Source: Chromera velia (taxonomy: Eukaryota). Taken from it: a stretch of 54,204 nucleotides of DNA. This document shows, piece by piece, positions 1-49,825 of the stretch. The notes under the pieces were generated by a model. The model saw only the letters and a list, made by a program, of their open reading frames with translations, did not search any database and was not told the origin of the DNA. The stretch's first letter is position 1; each line of letters starts with the position of its first letter. The stretch lies in contig JAHBMJ010000194.1 of assembly GCA_018398765.1 (NCBI GenBank), forward strand, positions 1-54,204. Reading direction: 5' to 3'. The translations under genes were made by a program, and so were the position numbers.

Positions 1-43
1 CCCCCCCCCCCCCCACACACACACCTGTCGCCGGTTCACTTAC

Positions 44-275
44 TCATGCGTTCCATGTACTCAGGCCACTCCTTGTCCCCTGTCTCAGGATCTCTCCAGT
101 CCCCCGACCTCAGTTCCACGCACGTGTGCATGAACTCCTCGGCCCTCTTGCTGCTCTTCCGACCAAACCACACGACCTGGTCCCAGTACCCCTTCCCCTT
201 GGAGTCATGCAACGCTTCAACCATTCCCGCCCCTCCAGCCTCCACGCTTCCTGCGGCCGAGGCAGAGCATCCCAT
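44..275 (-). CDS. First coding exon of an unknown protein with an N-terminal myristoylation/palmitoylation motif (MGCSAS); gene continues off the window start
   Basis: ATG at 275 opens MGCSASAAG...PEYMERM; perfect GTAAGT donor at 43-38 on the minus strand followed by microsatellite intron sequence. Confidence 0.7.
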
Positions 276-1306
276 CGTCCTGGACTCAACGCAGGAATCT
301 TTATGTATAGATCTGTTTTACAAATGGACAACAATTATTAAAGGTGAAGTTGGATGTGTATCTGCACGTCAGTCTGCGCAAGTGGAGGCAAAGACTTCCA
401 GAGACAGGCTGTGAAGCGTCGCCTCTTGCACTGAGTGAGTGAAAGAAGTATATTTCTGTTCACAGAGAGAATTGTCCGTTGCATAATGTCCTGTATATAT
501 ATATACCCCTTTCCTTGTATACGGTTGTATATGCGCGTGCATGGTTTTTGTTTCCCCATGCATGCATGCATGAAAAAAGATGAAAAAGCTAGGCGCGAGT
601 TAATTCGCGCGCATTCGCGCGCGCGGAATGGCATGCATGCATGCATGCGGACTATAATTGATTATATAATTGCTCAAACACGTACGCACTTTTCTCTCAC
701 ATGCATGCATTCATGCACATATATATATATATATATATTCGATCGATCGACTGCCAGAAACATGCCAGAAACAGACATATATGCACTAAAGAAATATACA
801 TCTGTGCATGTGTAGGTGTGTTCGACTCTGCAATGCCAGATCATCCTACAGCGACGATCTTTTCGTTCACTGTATCACTTGTAAAGTCTCGCGAACCTTC
901 CGTCACAACAGGACCCAAGTGCACGTGTTGTAAAAACGACCTTGCCTCACGTCTCCCTGAAGTGAGCGGTGATCAGCTTCCCCGATCCGTTATAGAATTG
1001 AAAGGCACAGGACCGGACGTGTCGACAGGGGTCTCCTCTCCTTCTACACTTCATCGAATGAGAGTGATCCGGGGTCCAGTCAGAAAAGAGGAGAAAGAAC
1101 ACGAAGCGAACGAAGCATATTCATTGACTTGATTGAAGGGAGCCTCGAGAAATTTTATTCTTCCCACTTTCTTCGGACGTTAAGGCTTTCTGTGTACAAA
1201 CGGCACCAGGAACTTTTTTCTTCCACAGACTGCTTCCATCAGAAGTCTTGACCCAGCAGCTCCATTTAATCGTTGAAGTCGCGTGGAATCGACCAGGCAC
1301 TCTCCT
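276..1306. promoter_or_regulatory. Divergent promoter region with TGCATGCA cluster, CGCG-rich block and (TA)n
   Basis: Lies between head-to-head ATGs (275 - and 1307 +); (TGCA)n at ~558-571, ~632-648, ~700-717; CGCG block ~592-626; (TA)n ~718-738. Confidence 0.55.
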
Positions 1307-38970
<37,664 letters not shown>

Positions 38971-40034
38971 GAATATTATTGAAGGCTCGCGGGTCCGGAC
39001 GAACCTCAAAAAGACCAGACAGGTGCTCATTGTCCTTTCTAGTCGACCTTGATTCAATTTGAGAGAATGTAGGCAGGATTATGTTGGTAGCTAGGGAAGA
39101 GAGAGGAAGAGGACGAAAGATTCCAAGGATCGATCAATCAGAGACACGACAAAAGTGAGCACATGCAGGGCAAGGAGGGCAGGAAGAAGGATTATGAATC
39201 GTCAATTCGAAAAACCAGACGTAGCGTTTGATTCACTGACAAAGAGTTTTCATTCGATTGTTGTTCAAATCGACCAATACTGTCCGGTTTGCTTTGTCCC
39301 ATTTCCCGCGTAAATTTACAATCAGTCATTTTCGCCCCTCTTGCTGAATCCTTTTAGCTCTTCTCGTTTAATTAAAGACACCCCTCTTCATCACTCTGCC
39401 TGGCTTTCTTCTTTGCCAGAGAGAGACTCTCTTTGACCTCTCTAGCCATATGAAGGCTGGGGGTATTTGCGTATCCACACAATCAGCCTGAAACTCTTTT
39501 TTCTCTTTCGCTGACAGAGATACACTACAACGCTTCTCTCAAGATTCGTTTGAGAAAGGAAACTTCAAGAAAAATGAAGCGTCAGACGAATCCGAGATGA
39601 TCAAGGGGGAGAATAAGGAATAGACTCGGAAGGTACAAGAACTGCAAGCCCGCTTTTGATCAGAGGGTGTACGTTCTCTGTCTCGGAAACTCTCTTCTCC
39701 TCTCTTGTCCTTTCTGCACTGGCTTCCTCCCTTTTGTCAGTCGGCCCGTCTCTCTGTCGGCGACAAAACGATGTTTTAGAGTTCCTGTTCCGCCTCTTTT
39801 CTTCTCGCTTCGAATGCACCGCAGTTCACTCTTTGGTTCAGTGCCTGTTACAGCTCGTGTGCTTGCGCAACTCTTCAATGAATTACATTTTCTCTGAATG
39901 ATTGTTGTCCAACCGCGAAGTTTTCTCTCAAATATACTCAAATAAGTCCTGTATCCTTCTTCAGTAGTGCATCATCAGTAATATACTAGGTAATATATTA
40001 AAGACTAACCAGATAAATTTTATCTTAGCGCTTA

Positions 40035-40316
40035 CCCTATTAAATTGGGGTATAAATGGGGGAAATGGGGCCTCCATTTCACGCTAATTTCCAATTATGT
40101 TTATAATTTATAAAAAAGCTGTCATGTAATATTTTAAACTAGGTTTTAAATTACCAAATTAACTTTTACAAGCCGCAAACTTCTAGAAACACGCCTTATT
40201 TTACATGTTTTTATCAGTCAAAAAATGTATCATATTTTGGGGAAATGGGGCGAAATGGGGTGAAATGGGCCCCAATTTGCCCCCATTCACCCCATTTATA
40301 CCCCAATTTCATAGGG
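40035..40316. mobile_element. 282-bp MITE-like non-autonomous DNA transposon with ~36-bp TIRs and apparent TTA target-site duplication
   Basis: ccctattaaattggggtataaatgggggaaatgggg (40035-40070) is the reverse complement, with 3 mismatches, of ccccattcaccccatttataccccaatttcataggg (40281-40316); TTA on both flanks; repeated AAATGGG subterminal motifs. Confidence 0.75.
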
Positions 40317-41195
40317 TTATATTACTTTGGACTTATCATAAAAATTTAAAATGCTAGTTAAAATGAAAGATTTCAGAACTCATAGAGACTACTAGTATAG
40401 CATGAAGATGCAAATTGAACGTGAATTCGCTTAACTTGAAATTCATGTAGCAAGTATTTTATAAAATTTTAACTAAATGTTTAGTAAAATACATACATGA
40501 TTGGGCTAAACTTTAGCACTAGCTTTAGAAAGATTGAGTCAATATGATGCTTTAAATCAATTTTCACTCGTTTTTTTTAATATGCTTCATGATAGCAGTG
40601 TTCAGAAAACTTAAACGGTAAATTAAGATAAAAAAACTACAAAAAAACATAGAGGATTAATACCCGGACTATAATCTGATCTAAATTCCTAGCAAAATTT
40701 ATTACTTACTATTATACCAATGTATTGAAGTAAGTTAAATTCAATAGATCGTTTAGTGACTAGTTTAGTGATTGCCAGTGATTCTGCTGAGGCTTTACAA
40801 GTCTACATTTCCCCCTCCAGTTTTGTTTTTTAAATAACATGTTTGAGTGTTGCAATACGTTTCATCGGTGTCATACAATTAGCTGTTGTCTAGGCTGTTG
40901 TTTAATCATTATTGTTCAAAAATTCGTTGTTCAAAAACTTTATTTCTTTGGAGTGCGAGTGCTACCCCGAGGGGAAGCTGGGATTCCGCAGCATGAATAT
41001 CACTGTGTATTATCACATTTTCCGTTGATGCACTCGACTCATTGCCGGTAGGCTCCGTCCTAGCCTGATACAGGAATTTCGAGTACAGAACAAGAATGCA
41101 TATCTGACAAAGCGTTTTATTCTGCTTATTTACTCGCATGCACTATTTCATCACCCCATCATTTTTTCTTTGATCCACACATCCATCTTTTCATT

Positions 41196-41283
41196 TTAAT
41201 CCCCCGTCTTCTCGTTCTTCGCAAGGCAGTCGGCGAGAAGAGCACAGTCCACCAGCCACACCCGGAGGGCGTTTACCGGCTGC

Positions 41284-41360
<77 letters not shown>

Positions 41361-41372
41361 CACAGACGCACG

Positions 41373-41408
<36 letters not shown>

Positions 41409-41450
41409 GACACACACGCAGACACACACACAGACACACAGACACACACA

Positions 41451-41490
<40 letters not shown>

Positions 41491-41503
41491 CACAGACACA
41501 CAG

Positions 41504-41579
<76 letters not shown>

Positions 41580-41934
41580 GACGACGACGACGACGACGAC
41601 GAAGACAAAAGGAGAAGGAACTATAGATGAAAGGCCATTGGACCATTTTTCGAAAACTTCTCCGCGTAGTCTACGGATGCTTAACTGGAAAAATTGAAGC
41701 GCGGCTTTTACAACCCTTCCTCGTAACAAATACGTAGGAGCCATGATCAGATTCCAAAGAAAATGTAGTGCATCTCATTTGTTGCTGAATGCTTCCGTCC
41801 GACTTACTGCAGACGCGACTGAAGGACGCAGATACAAAAAAATAGAATATCACTTTCCGTCTCCAAACAGAAAACAAACTATCCGACAAACACAGGAGAA
41901 ACATCATGGCAACCGCGGAGGGCACACACATGGA

Positions 41935-42004
<70 letters not shown>

Positions 42005-42362
42005 CGCACCGACTTGGTAGCATGTATCCGTTTCCTCTTGACTCTTTCCCGTGCTTTCTGTCGCTTCTGGAGATTCTGCTTTTGCTCTTTTTCTCTCGCG
42101 TCCCACCCCCCTATTCCCTGCTCCCATTTCCCCTCTGCGTGCTTTGCTTCCATCTCCGTCACTGTGTCCCAACCCTTCCTCGCGATCGCTCTCTGACTCT
42201 GACGATGACGAGACGTGCTTTCCACCAGACTGCGCTACAGTTTCCCTGTACAGCGTTTTGCAGAAAGGCATGTCATGTACATGCCCCCTTAAACACAAAG
42301 GAATGCAAGAGAGGGACGGGAATACAAAACAGAAGCAAAAGAAAAACGAAGGCGGGAGAACT

Positions 42363-42403
<41 letters not shown>

Positions 42404-42493
42404 AAAGACCTGACAGACAGGAACGAAGGAAAAAAGAAAGAGAAAAATCAATAAACAAAAAGAGAGAGAGAGAGGGAGAGGGAGAGGGAGAGG

Positions 42494-42534
<41 letters not shown>

Positions 42535-44732
42535 AGCCAGCCAGCCAGACAGACAGACAGATAGACAGAAAGAAAGAAAGAAAGAAAGAGGGAGGGAGGG
42601 AGAGAGAGAGAGAGAGAGGGAGAAAGAGAAAAAGAGAGAAAAAAAGAAAGACAGAAAGAAAGCACCAAAGAAAAACGAGAGGAAGGAAGGAAGGAAGGAA
42701 GGAAGGAAGGCAACAATGAAGCATAAGAATAGAGTCAGGAGTCAAGGAAGATTAGAAAAAAGGAAGATTTCAGCGGGCGTGCGGCGGAAGGGAGGAAGGA
42801 AGACAAAGATGAAAAAAGCAATGGCAAGCGGCGAATGATGCGGAAGTGGACATGCAGTCTGACTGACCTGGTCCCTGACGATGTAAGCAGAAGTGGAAGC
42901 GTGGGATGAAATGAGCAGCCAGTGCTCTGCAATGAAAGTCATTGCAAGTGCACAGACTATCAGGTGGCCTAGCTGGGAGAGTTTGCAAGATGTGCTGCCA
43001 AAGTTTACGGAAAATTGTGGCTTTTGATCATGGACCGTCCGATCACTTTTGAATTCAGTGCTTCAAACCCGTGGTCTGTCTCCCAAACCCCAAAAGGCCA
43101 ATTCCTCCGTGGGTCAACCGGCAGATCTTGCCGGTGCGGGAAGCATGAATTCAAAATGCAATAAGGCAGAAGGTATGTCGGGGATTTCAAAAGGAAGAAA
43201 ATTGGTGTGCACCTGCAAAGGACAAGGCACAAGAAGGCGCTTACTGCGGGACAGCATTTCAAGCGGTTCGTGAATTTGCTCCCTCCCTCAGACTGACGGG
43301 AGAGAAGTGCGCAGGTGCGGCCGCCAGAGGCCCCCCGTTCGGCGCCCCGTAAAAGAGAACGCCCCCCTCCTGTGTGCCGGTTGCAACAACGACCCCAGTC
43401 TCCGTCTCCGTCTCTGTGTCCGTCTCCATTGGAACCTCCGATGTTTCTCCGATTCCTCCCTGGCCTCCTTTCGTCTTTTGCCTTTCTTTTTGGAGTCTTG
43501 CAATCGGGAGGCAATCAAATTGGAACTTCTGATGGGTGGCTACGGTGCTGCAACAACACAAAGCAAGAGGAAATAGATTGAGAGGGACAGATACCGACCG
43601 AGATAAAGAGACCAAAAGAAGAACGACAGTCGAGGGCATGCAGAAAGAAAGTGAATCGGGCAGAAAGACGACAGAGAGAGTGGCCGAAGGAAGAACATCC
43701 ACAGAATTGATGGACATCCACAGAATCCGGCCGAAAATCACTCTGCCAGACCAACAGAAGGAAAAAAGAAAGGCAGAAAGGAAAGCGAAGGATAGAATGA
43801 CAGAAAGGGAGGGGAGAAGGGGGAGGGAGCGCAGGGAAAGAAAGATTGAGAGAGAGAAAGAAAGAGCACGAGTGGTACAAAACGGGCGGACGCGCCAATT
43901 CCTCACCGAGGGTATTCGCAGACAGGTGTGTCATATGAGCGGAGGTCCTGCACACACAGGAGTGGACACGCACGTGTGCTTCTATTCTTTTCGCTGCTTT
44001 TGACCCCTTCAAGGGTACCTCCTGGGTGTCATGCCAGTGGGACAGCTTTGTTTGGACCACACGTGCACATGCAGGGAAAACATGACATTTCTCTCCCCAA
44101 ATTGGGCACTCTACTCGAAGAAGAAGCCAATCACAGGTCATTTACCAACAAAATGAAAACGAAAACCAGTTATACATGGTGATTGCAATTCTTTTTCTGC
44201 ATGCCATTTTCACTCACTGCAATGCGGCGAAAAACTGAGTACATAGATGTTTGAGGAAGCTGCCGTCCTTCTATGGCTCTTCACTCACCACCCACCCACC
44301 CACCCACCCACCCAAAGTCTCAAAGCATTGTCTTTCCGATGTCCACTCAACAGGTACATATCGCCCCCCACTCCTTCCCCGCCGGTCTCTAGCCACTGCA
44401 ACGAGGTCACCCCTCCCATTCCACCCTCTCTCTGCAACACCGCCTCCGCCCTCTTCACTCCTCCCCGAGGTCTGCTCTTTCTGTCCATCAACGCAATCTT
44501 CCGTGAGTAACTCCCAACGGCACACAGACCCGCCGCCCCTGCCCCCTCTCCCACAGGAGGCGCAATCGCTGAGACGATACCCTTCAGACCCTCCCGCCCC
44601 TTTCGCGTCGCCAAAGTCCACTGCTCAGTCTGCCTGCCCGGCCGCTGAGTGTCAAAAAGTCTGACACAGCTCGAGTGTCCTGAAACACAAAGACAACAAG
44701 AGCAATCACACACAAATGCGCACGCGTTCACA

Positions 44733-44773
<41 letters not shown>

Positions 44774-45787
44774 CAAGAAGACTCACATTTACACTGTGCA
44801 GGTGCATGCGCACGCGTACACAAACGCAGGCAAAGGTGAAGACACATACGGTTGCACTTCACATGCACAGAAACGTGCACATGGATGCTTGAAGGCAAAA
44901 ACCCCGACAGACCTGAGTAGAGAACAGAGCCGTCTCGGTAGAAAGCCAGCGAGAAAGGCGAAGACACTTCCTCGGCATTGTCCATCGGCATGAAAGACCC
45001 GCACAGAACTCCCGTAGAAGCAGACCACAAGTGCACCTGCAAAACCACCCATTGACGAGAAGCTTACCAATGAGCGATGGACAGCCGCACAGAAACCTAT
45101 TGATCAGGAACCCATCCTCGTTGGAGCTGCATTTATTCGAGGCTCACCCGATTTCTATTGCAAAAAGTATTTGCCAAGACTTAGCATGTATCACACACAT
45201 CAAATTTTATCCCTGCGTGCCCGAAGAGAAGTGAACGAAGAATTTTGCTTTTATGAATCAACGCGACCACACAAAACACCAAAAAGACGAGAGAGAACCA
45301 TATCCGCGTCAAGATTCTCGTTCACACAGTCCACATGGACCTGAAACCAGCCAGGCAGAATGCTACAAAGCAGTTGGTCATTTGATCAGTAAGCCAGTGA
45401 AGGCAGGCAGTCAGTCAGTCAGTCAGTCAATCAGTCAGCCGGGCTGCCGGCCAGCGAGCAAGTCAGTCGGTGGTCAAAGAGCAAGACAGCGACTGCTGAC
45501 TGGCTGGCAACCGACAGCCAACCTAAGCAAAACACAGTTTTTTGTGGCATCCTGTATTGTTGCGTTTGATTGCTCTAGACAGATGTACAGAAGAAGTTTA
45601 TGCAAGAAAGTCCTGCATAAACTGACGGGCTGTCCACGTGCAGCACACGCGAAGACACAGCTGCTCGGGTCCTCCCATTTCATCTGCGGAAGCCAGCAGC
45701 AGTCTGCGATTCCCTCAGGCTCAGCAATCGCAGCCCAGGGAAGAAGGGGGGTTGCTTGGGGTTGCTCTGCAGAGCCTTGAAGGGCGT

Positions 45788-45822
<35 letters not shown>

Positions 45823-46248
45823 CATGTACTCAGGGCTGGTACGTTCGCGAGTCTGTGTGTGTGAGAGAGAGAGAGTCGGTAACTACGCGTGAGTGACTAA
45901 GGACCTCGGTGAGCATCTCTCTCACACATATACACTGCAAGACTTTGCGTGTGCAGCTTACAAATAGAATTAAGATAAGACGGGACAGGAATAGACGGAT
46001 GGCGAGACGGCTAGAGACGGAAGAAGAAGGAACGAGACGGCAGCGGCAAGTGAAGAGATGGTGGAGGAAGAATTCTCACCGATCGTTTGTGCGGGGAGTG
46101 CGAACAACCGCACGCAAGCATCCTCGCTCACTGTGAGGATGGCGGATCCGTCGGGCGACCACAAACTTCTCTTAATGAAATTGTTCTCCCCCCCCGTGAA
46201 TTTGGGGTCGAAGGGAGCGACAGACTCATGGAGAAGGGAGAGCGGCAT
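41196..46248 (-). CDS. WRAP53: Telomerase Cajal body protein 1 (TCAB1/WRAP53/WDR79, WD40), 9 exons: 46248-46080, 45787-45627, 45036-44913, 44679-44312, 43947-43907, 43547-43298, 42926-42868, 42245-42014, 41279-41196 (~495 aa)
   Basis: [32 protein letters not shown]...[82 protein letters not shown] and NALRVW follow the TCAB1 motif order; exon lengths sum to 1488 nt in frame; start could extend to ATG 46327 via a 43-nt intron. Confidence 0.88.
41283..41602. repeat. Compound (CA)n/(GA)n/(GAC)n microsatellite in the last TCAB1 intron
   Basis: Direct reading. Confidence 0.95.
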
Positions 46249-46419
46249 TTTCCCTTTCAAACCCAGTTGGAGAGCAGGGGGCGTTGGCTCACATACCAGC
46301 TCTCAAAGAGACGGGTTCGGAGTTCATAGATCTGGAAGAGCACAATGAGAGTTCACATTGAAGATCATTGAAGCGCTTAGTTCTAGCTGTACGTCAGAAT
46401 CATTTGAGATGAGAGCTAT

Positions 46420-46700
46420 ACCCCCGCGCGCGTCCCGCGCGTTGCTAACCGCCGGGCCGCGGGCTCCGCGCGTCCCGCGCGCGATGATTGACTAGCCAAA
46501 AAATGATGATTGAGGTTTTTGTTATGCATGCCGCGTCCCCGTGTATGCCAAAAAATGATGATTAAAAGGTTGTGCGCATGCATCAACCATGCACTTATTC
46601 CCGATTTTTTGGGGGGAAAAACATTTTGAATTGTAGTTTGCATATATATATGCACTATGCCGCCTCCGCTACGCTCCTGCGGTATGCCGGGGCCTAGCAA
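46420..46700. promoter_or_regulatory. Putative TCAB1 promoter: CGCG-rich block, duplicated gccaaaaaatgatgatt, GCATGC words
   Basis: ccgcgcgtcccgcgcg-like motif twice in 46421-46483; gccaaaaaatgatgatt at ~46495 and ~46547; 170-450 bp upstream of the ATG. Confidence 0.5.
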
Positions 46701-47229
46701 GGCTAAAACCGATGAGTCTGTACTTAGAGACAATCATATGATATTATACTGACTAGGCTAGATCTGCTTGATCCTCATATATGGGGATGCAACTTACATA
46801 ACAAATTCTTCAATTATCATCAAAACAAAACCCTCAATCACCATTACGCTCAATCATCAGAGATAATACAAAATAAATCGTGACTCTGAAATTTAAGTTT
46901 GAATCTATTATATAGAGACCCCTCTAAATACTTTTGAAACTAATTAAAACTAATCATGAAGATTAAAGACAAGTCTGCCATCTTTAAGCGATCGAACCGT
47001 TTTAAACAAATAGTCTGTTGATCAGTATTATGATCAGTATTTAACAGCCTCACCAGTTAGGTTTGATTCAACTTGAAAGGGTCTGATTTTCTCGGTTGGA
47101 TCGGGTTGATTTGAGCCAAGGGCAATTCTCAGCTGTAATCGGCAGTGACTTTCTCATTAGCCAAGCTGTATGCCACACCATGCCACACCATGCCACACCA
47201 TGCGCCGCCCCGCATCGCAATATGCCTCC

Positions 47230-48816
47230 ATGAGCGGCTGAAGAAAAAGGAAAAAGATCTGAGGGCGGGAGACAGAAAGACGGAGGCAGATGACAGGAGC
47301 GCCACCGAAGTGGAGGTACACGTATTCAACTTAATAATAATTCAAGTGAGGCCTGAAAGCGTAGGGAGACAAGTGAATGGCTGACACTGTCAGCTGAAGG
47401 CCGAAAGAGAAGAAACGTGAGCTGAGGGCAGGAGACAGAAAGGTAGATGCAGAAAGCCGTAGATCGCAAGAGCAGAGAGGGCGCAGAACAGAGGTAGAAG
47501 CTAAGAAATGATATTATGATCAAAGGACTAAAATAAGAGGGAGAAAAGGAAGGGGCTCGTAGCAGAATGTAGCAGAGGGCTCGAGGGGGCTGGTCCCCAG
47601 GAAGAAAAGAAATGCTGCATGGAAGAGGCAGAATGCACCCTGAACACGATAGGCACAATTAAAGGGAGAGCCAGGTAGCGGAAGCAGAAAGCTTTCAGCA
47701 CAAAGGTAAAAGTGGAGGCAGAGGAATACGAGTGAAGGGCTGAAGCAAAGGGATTTAAACCGAGAACGGGCGGCTGGCGGCTGGAAGAGAAAGAACGCAA
47801 CCTGAACACGATCTAGGCGCAAAGGGGGGGAGAGGTAGCGGAACGAGAAAAAACGCAGCACATAGATGGAGGTGCAGGGATATAAATGACGGCTGAAGCG
47901 AAAGGGGAGCAAGCGAATGGCTGGCAACAGAAGGCTGGAAGAGAAGGAATAAGACCTGAGGGCGGGAGACAGAAAGAGGGAGGCAAGTGACGGGAGACAA
48001 AAGACCGCAACGCCAAAGTGGAGGTACAGGCATTCAAGTGAGGCCTGAAAGCGGAGGGAGAAGAGAAGCGAATCTAGCAAGCGAATGGCTGACACTGTCA
48101 GCTGAAGGCCGAAAGAGAAGAAACGTGAGCTGAGGGCGGGAGACAGAAAGGTAGATGCAGAAAGCCGTAGATCGCAAGAGCAGAGAGGGCGCAGAACAGA
48201 GGTAGAAGCTAAGAAATGATATTATGATCAAAGGATTAAAATAAGAGGGAGAAAAGGAAGGGGCTCGTAGCAGAATGTAGCAGAGGGCTCGAGAGGGCTG
48301 GTCCCTAGGAAGAAAAGAAATGCTGCATGGAAGAGGCAGAATGCACCCTGAACGCGATAGGCACAAACGGAGAGGCAGGTAGCGGAAGCAGAAAGCTTTC
48401 AGCACAAAGGGAAAGGTGGAGGCAGAGGAATGCGAGTGAAGGGCTGAAGCAAAGGGATTTAAACAGAGAACGGGCGGCTGGCGGCTGGAAGAGAAAGAAC
48501 GCAACCTGAACACGATCTAGGCGCAAAGGGGGGGAGAGGTAGCGGAACGAGAAAAAGCGCAGCACATAGATGGAGGCGCAGGGACATAAATGACGGCTGA
48601 AGCGAAAGGGAGGCAAGCGAATGGCTGGCAGCAGAAGGCTGGAAGAGAAGGAATAAGACTTGAGGGCGGGAGACAGAAAGACGGAGGCAGCTGACGGGAG
48701 AAAAAAGACCGCACCGCCGAAGTGGAGGTACAGGCATTCAAGTGAGGGCTGCAAGCGGAGGGAGAGAAGCGAATCTAGCAAGCGAATGGCTGACACTGTC
48801 AGCTGAAGGCCGAAAG
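47230..48816. repeat. ~700-bp purine-rich tandem repeat (~2.3 copies) built from four diverged ~155-220-bp subunits
   Basis: cactgtcagctgaaggccgaaag at ~47385, ~48094, ~48795; ttcaagtgagg at ~47341, ~48033, ~48736. Confidence 0.9.
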
Positions 48817-49825
48817 CAAAGAAGGTTCCCGGAAGAATGAGACTACAGCCCGTTTTCGTGTTCTTGAACATCAGTGTTATTGAACCCGTACCAATTAATC
48901 AATTCAGCTGTTGGCTTGTGTGCTGTGTAGTGCCGGGATATGTGGCTTATGGACGTTGGACCTGGAGGTCTGCAATGCCGGCTGTCTGCTCAGACTCTGC
49001 TGATGTCTGCCTGTCAAGGTCAGACAAATGGTCTTCAATATATAGATGTCCGTTGTAGGTGAGTGCCTCGAGTCGATGCATGCATATGGACGCCCGAGCG
49101 TACGCGCGCGTACATATACGTACGCACGCGCGTGCCGGTGATCCGCAAAAGTTTATGTAAAATGTGGAAATCTTCTGGGGCCTCTTTGGTTGTTCATGCA
49201 TGTGGATGTCGCCTCGGAGGGCAAAGCAGACGGACTTACCGCACGTACTCTTGAGAGGTGTGTGTCTCTATTTTTGTGACAAAACAACGTAACATTTTTT
49301 CTGCCGGAACGCGTATAGAGGGTCTGAACTAGACAGATACCGAGGCCCTGGGCCCCGGCATATATGCATGTATGAATATAATGATCGATTCCCGATCGAT
49401 CGAGGGGATGCATGGATGAACGCGTACAATTGACCATGCATGCACTGCTTGGATGCGCATGGTTTCAAGTTCGCTTGCCTTCTCTCGTCCGAACATGAGT
49501 CTCTCGAGGCACCTGATTTCTTTTTACTTTGACTCTACGTTACCTCCTCGGTCACCGATCAACTGTTGCTTGCAATCGATTGTACAGGTCCGCATGCATG
49601 TATGCAATCTGTCGATAGAACTCGGTGTATAGTTACGTCTGCAGCACGGTCTGCTGTATCTCTGCGACAACAAGTACCTTTCTTTTTCCATTCTTGCACG
49701 AGCCGGCGATATTGGACGCATCGAGAAAAGAACCAAGCAAACGAAGCGTCAAAAAGTGCGCGTATTCTTTTCTTCTGCATACTCAAATTGCAGAACATAC
49801 ATAGGTCAGACTGATTTTGAAATCG

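Noticed and set aside
47230..48816. CRISPR array or LTR pair
   Set aside because: Repeats are contiguous ~700-bp tandem copies without unique spacers, TG...CA ends or internal gag/pol; eukaryotic context, no cas genes
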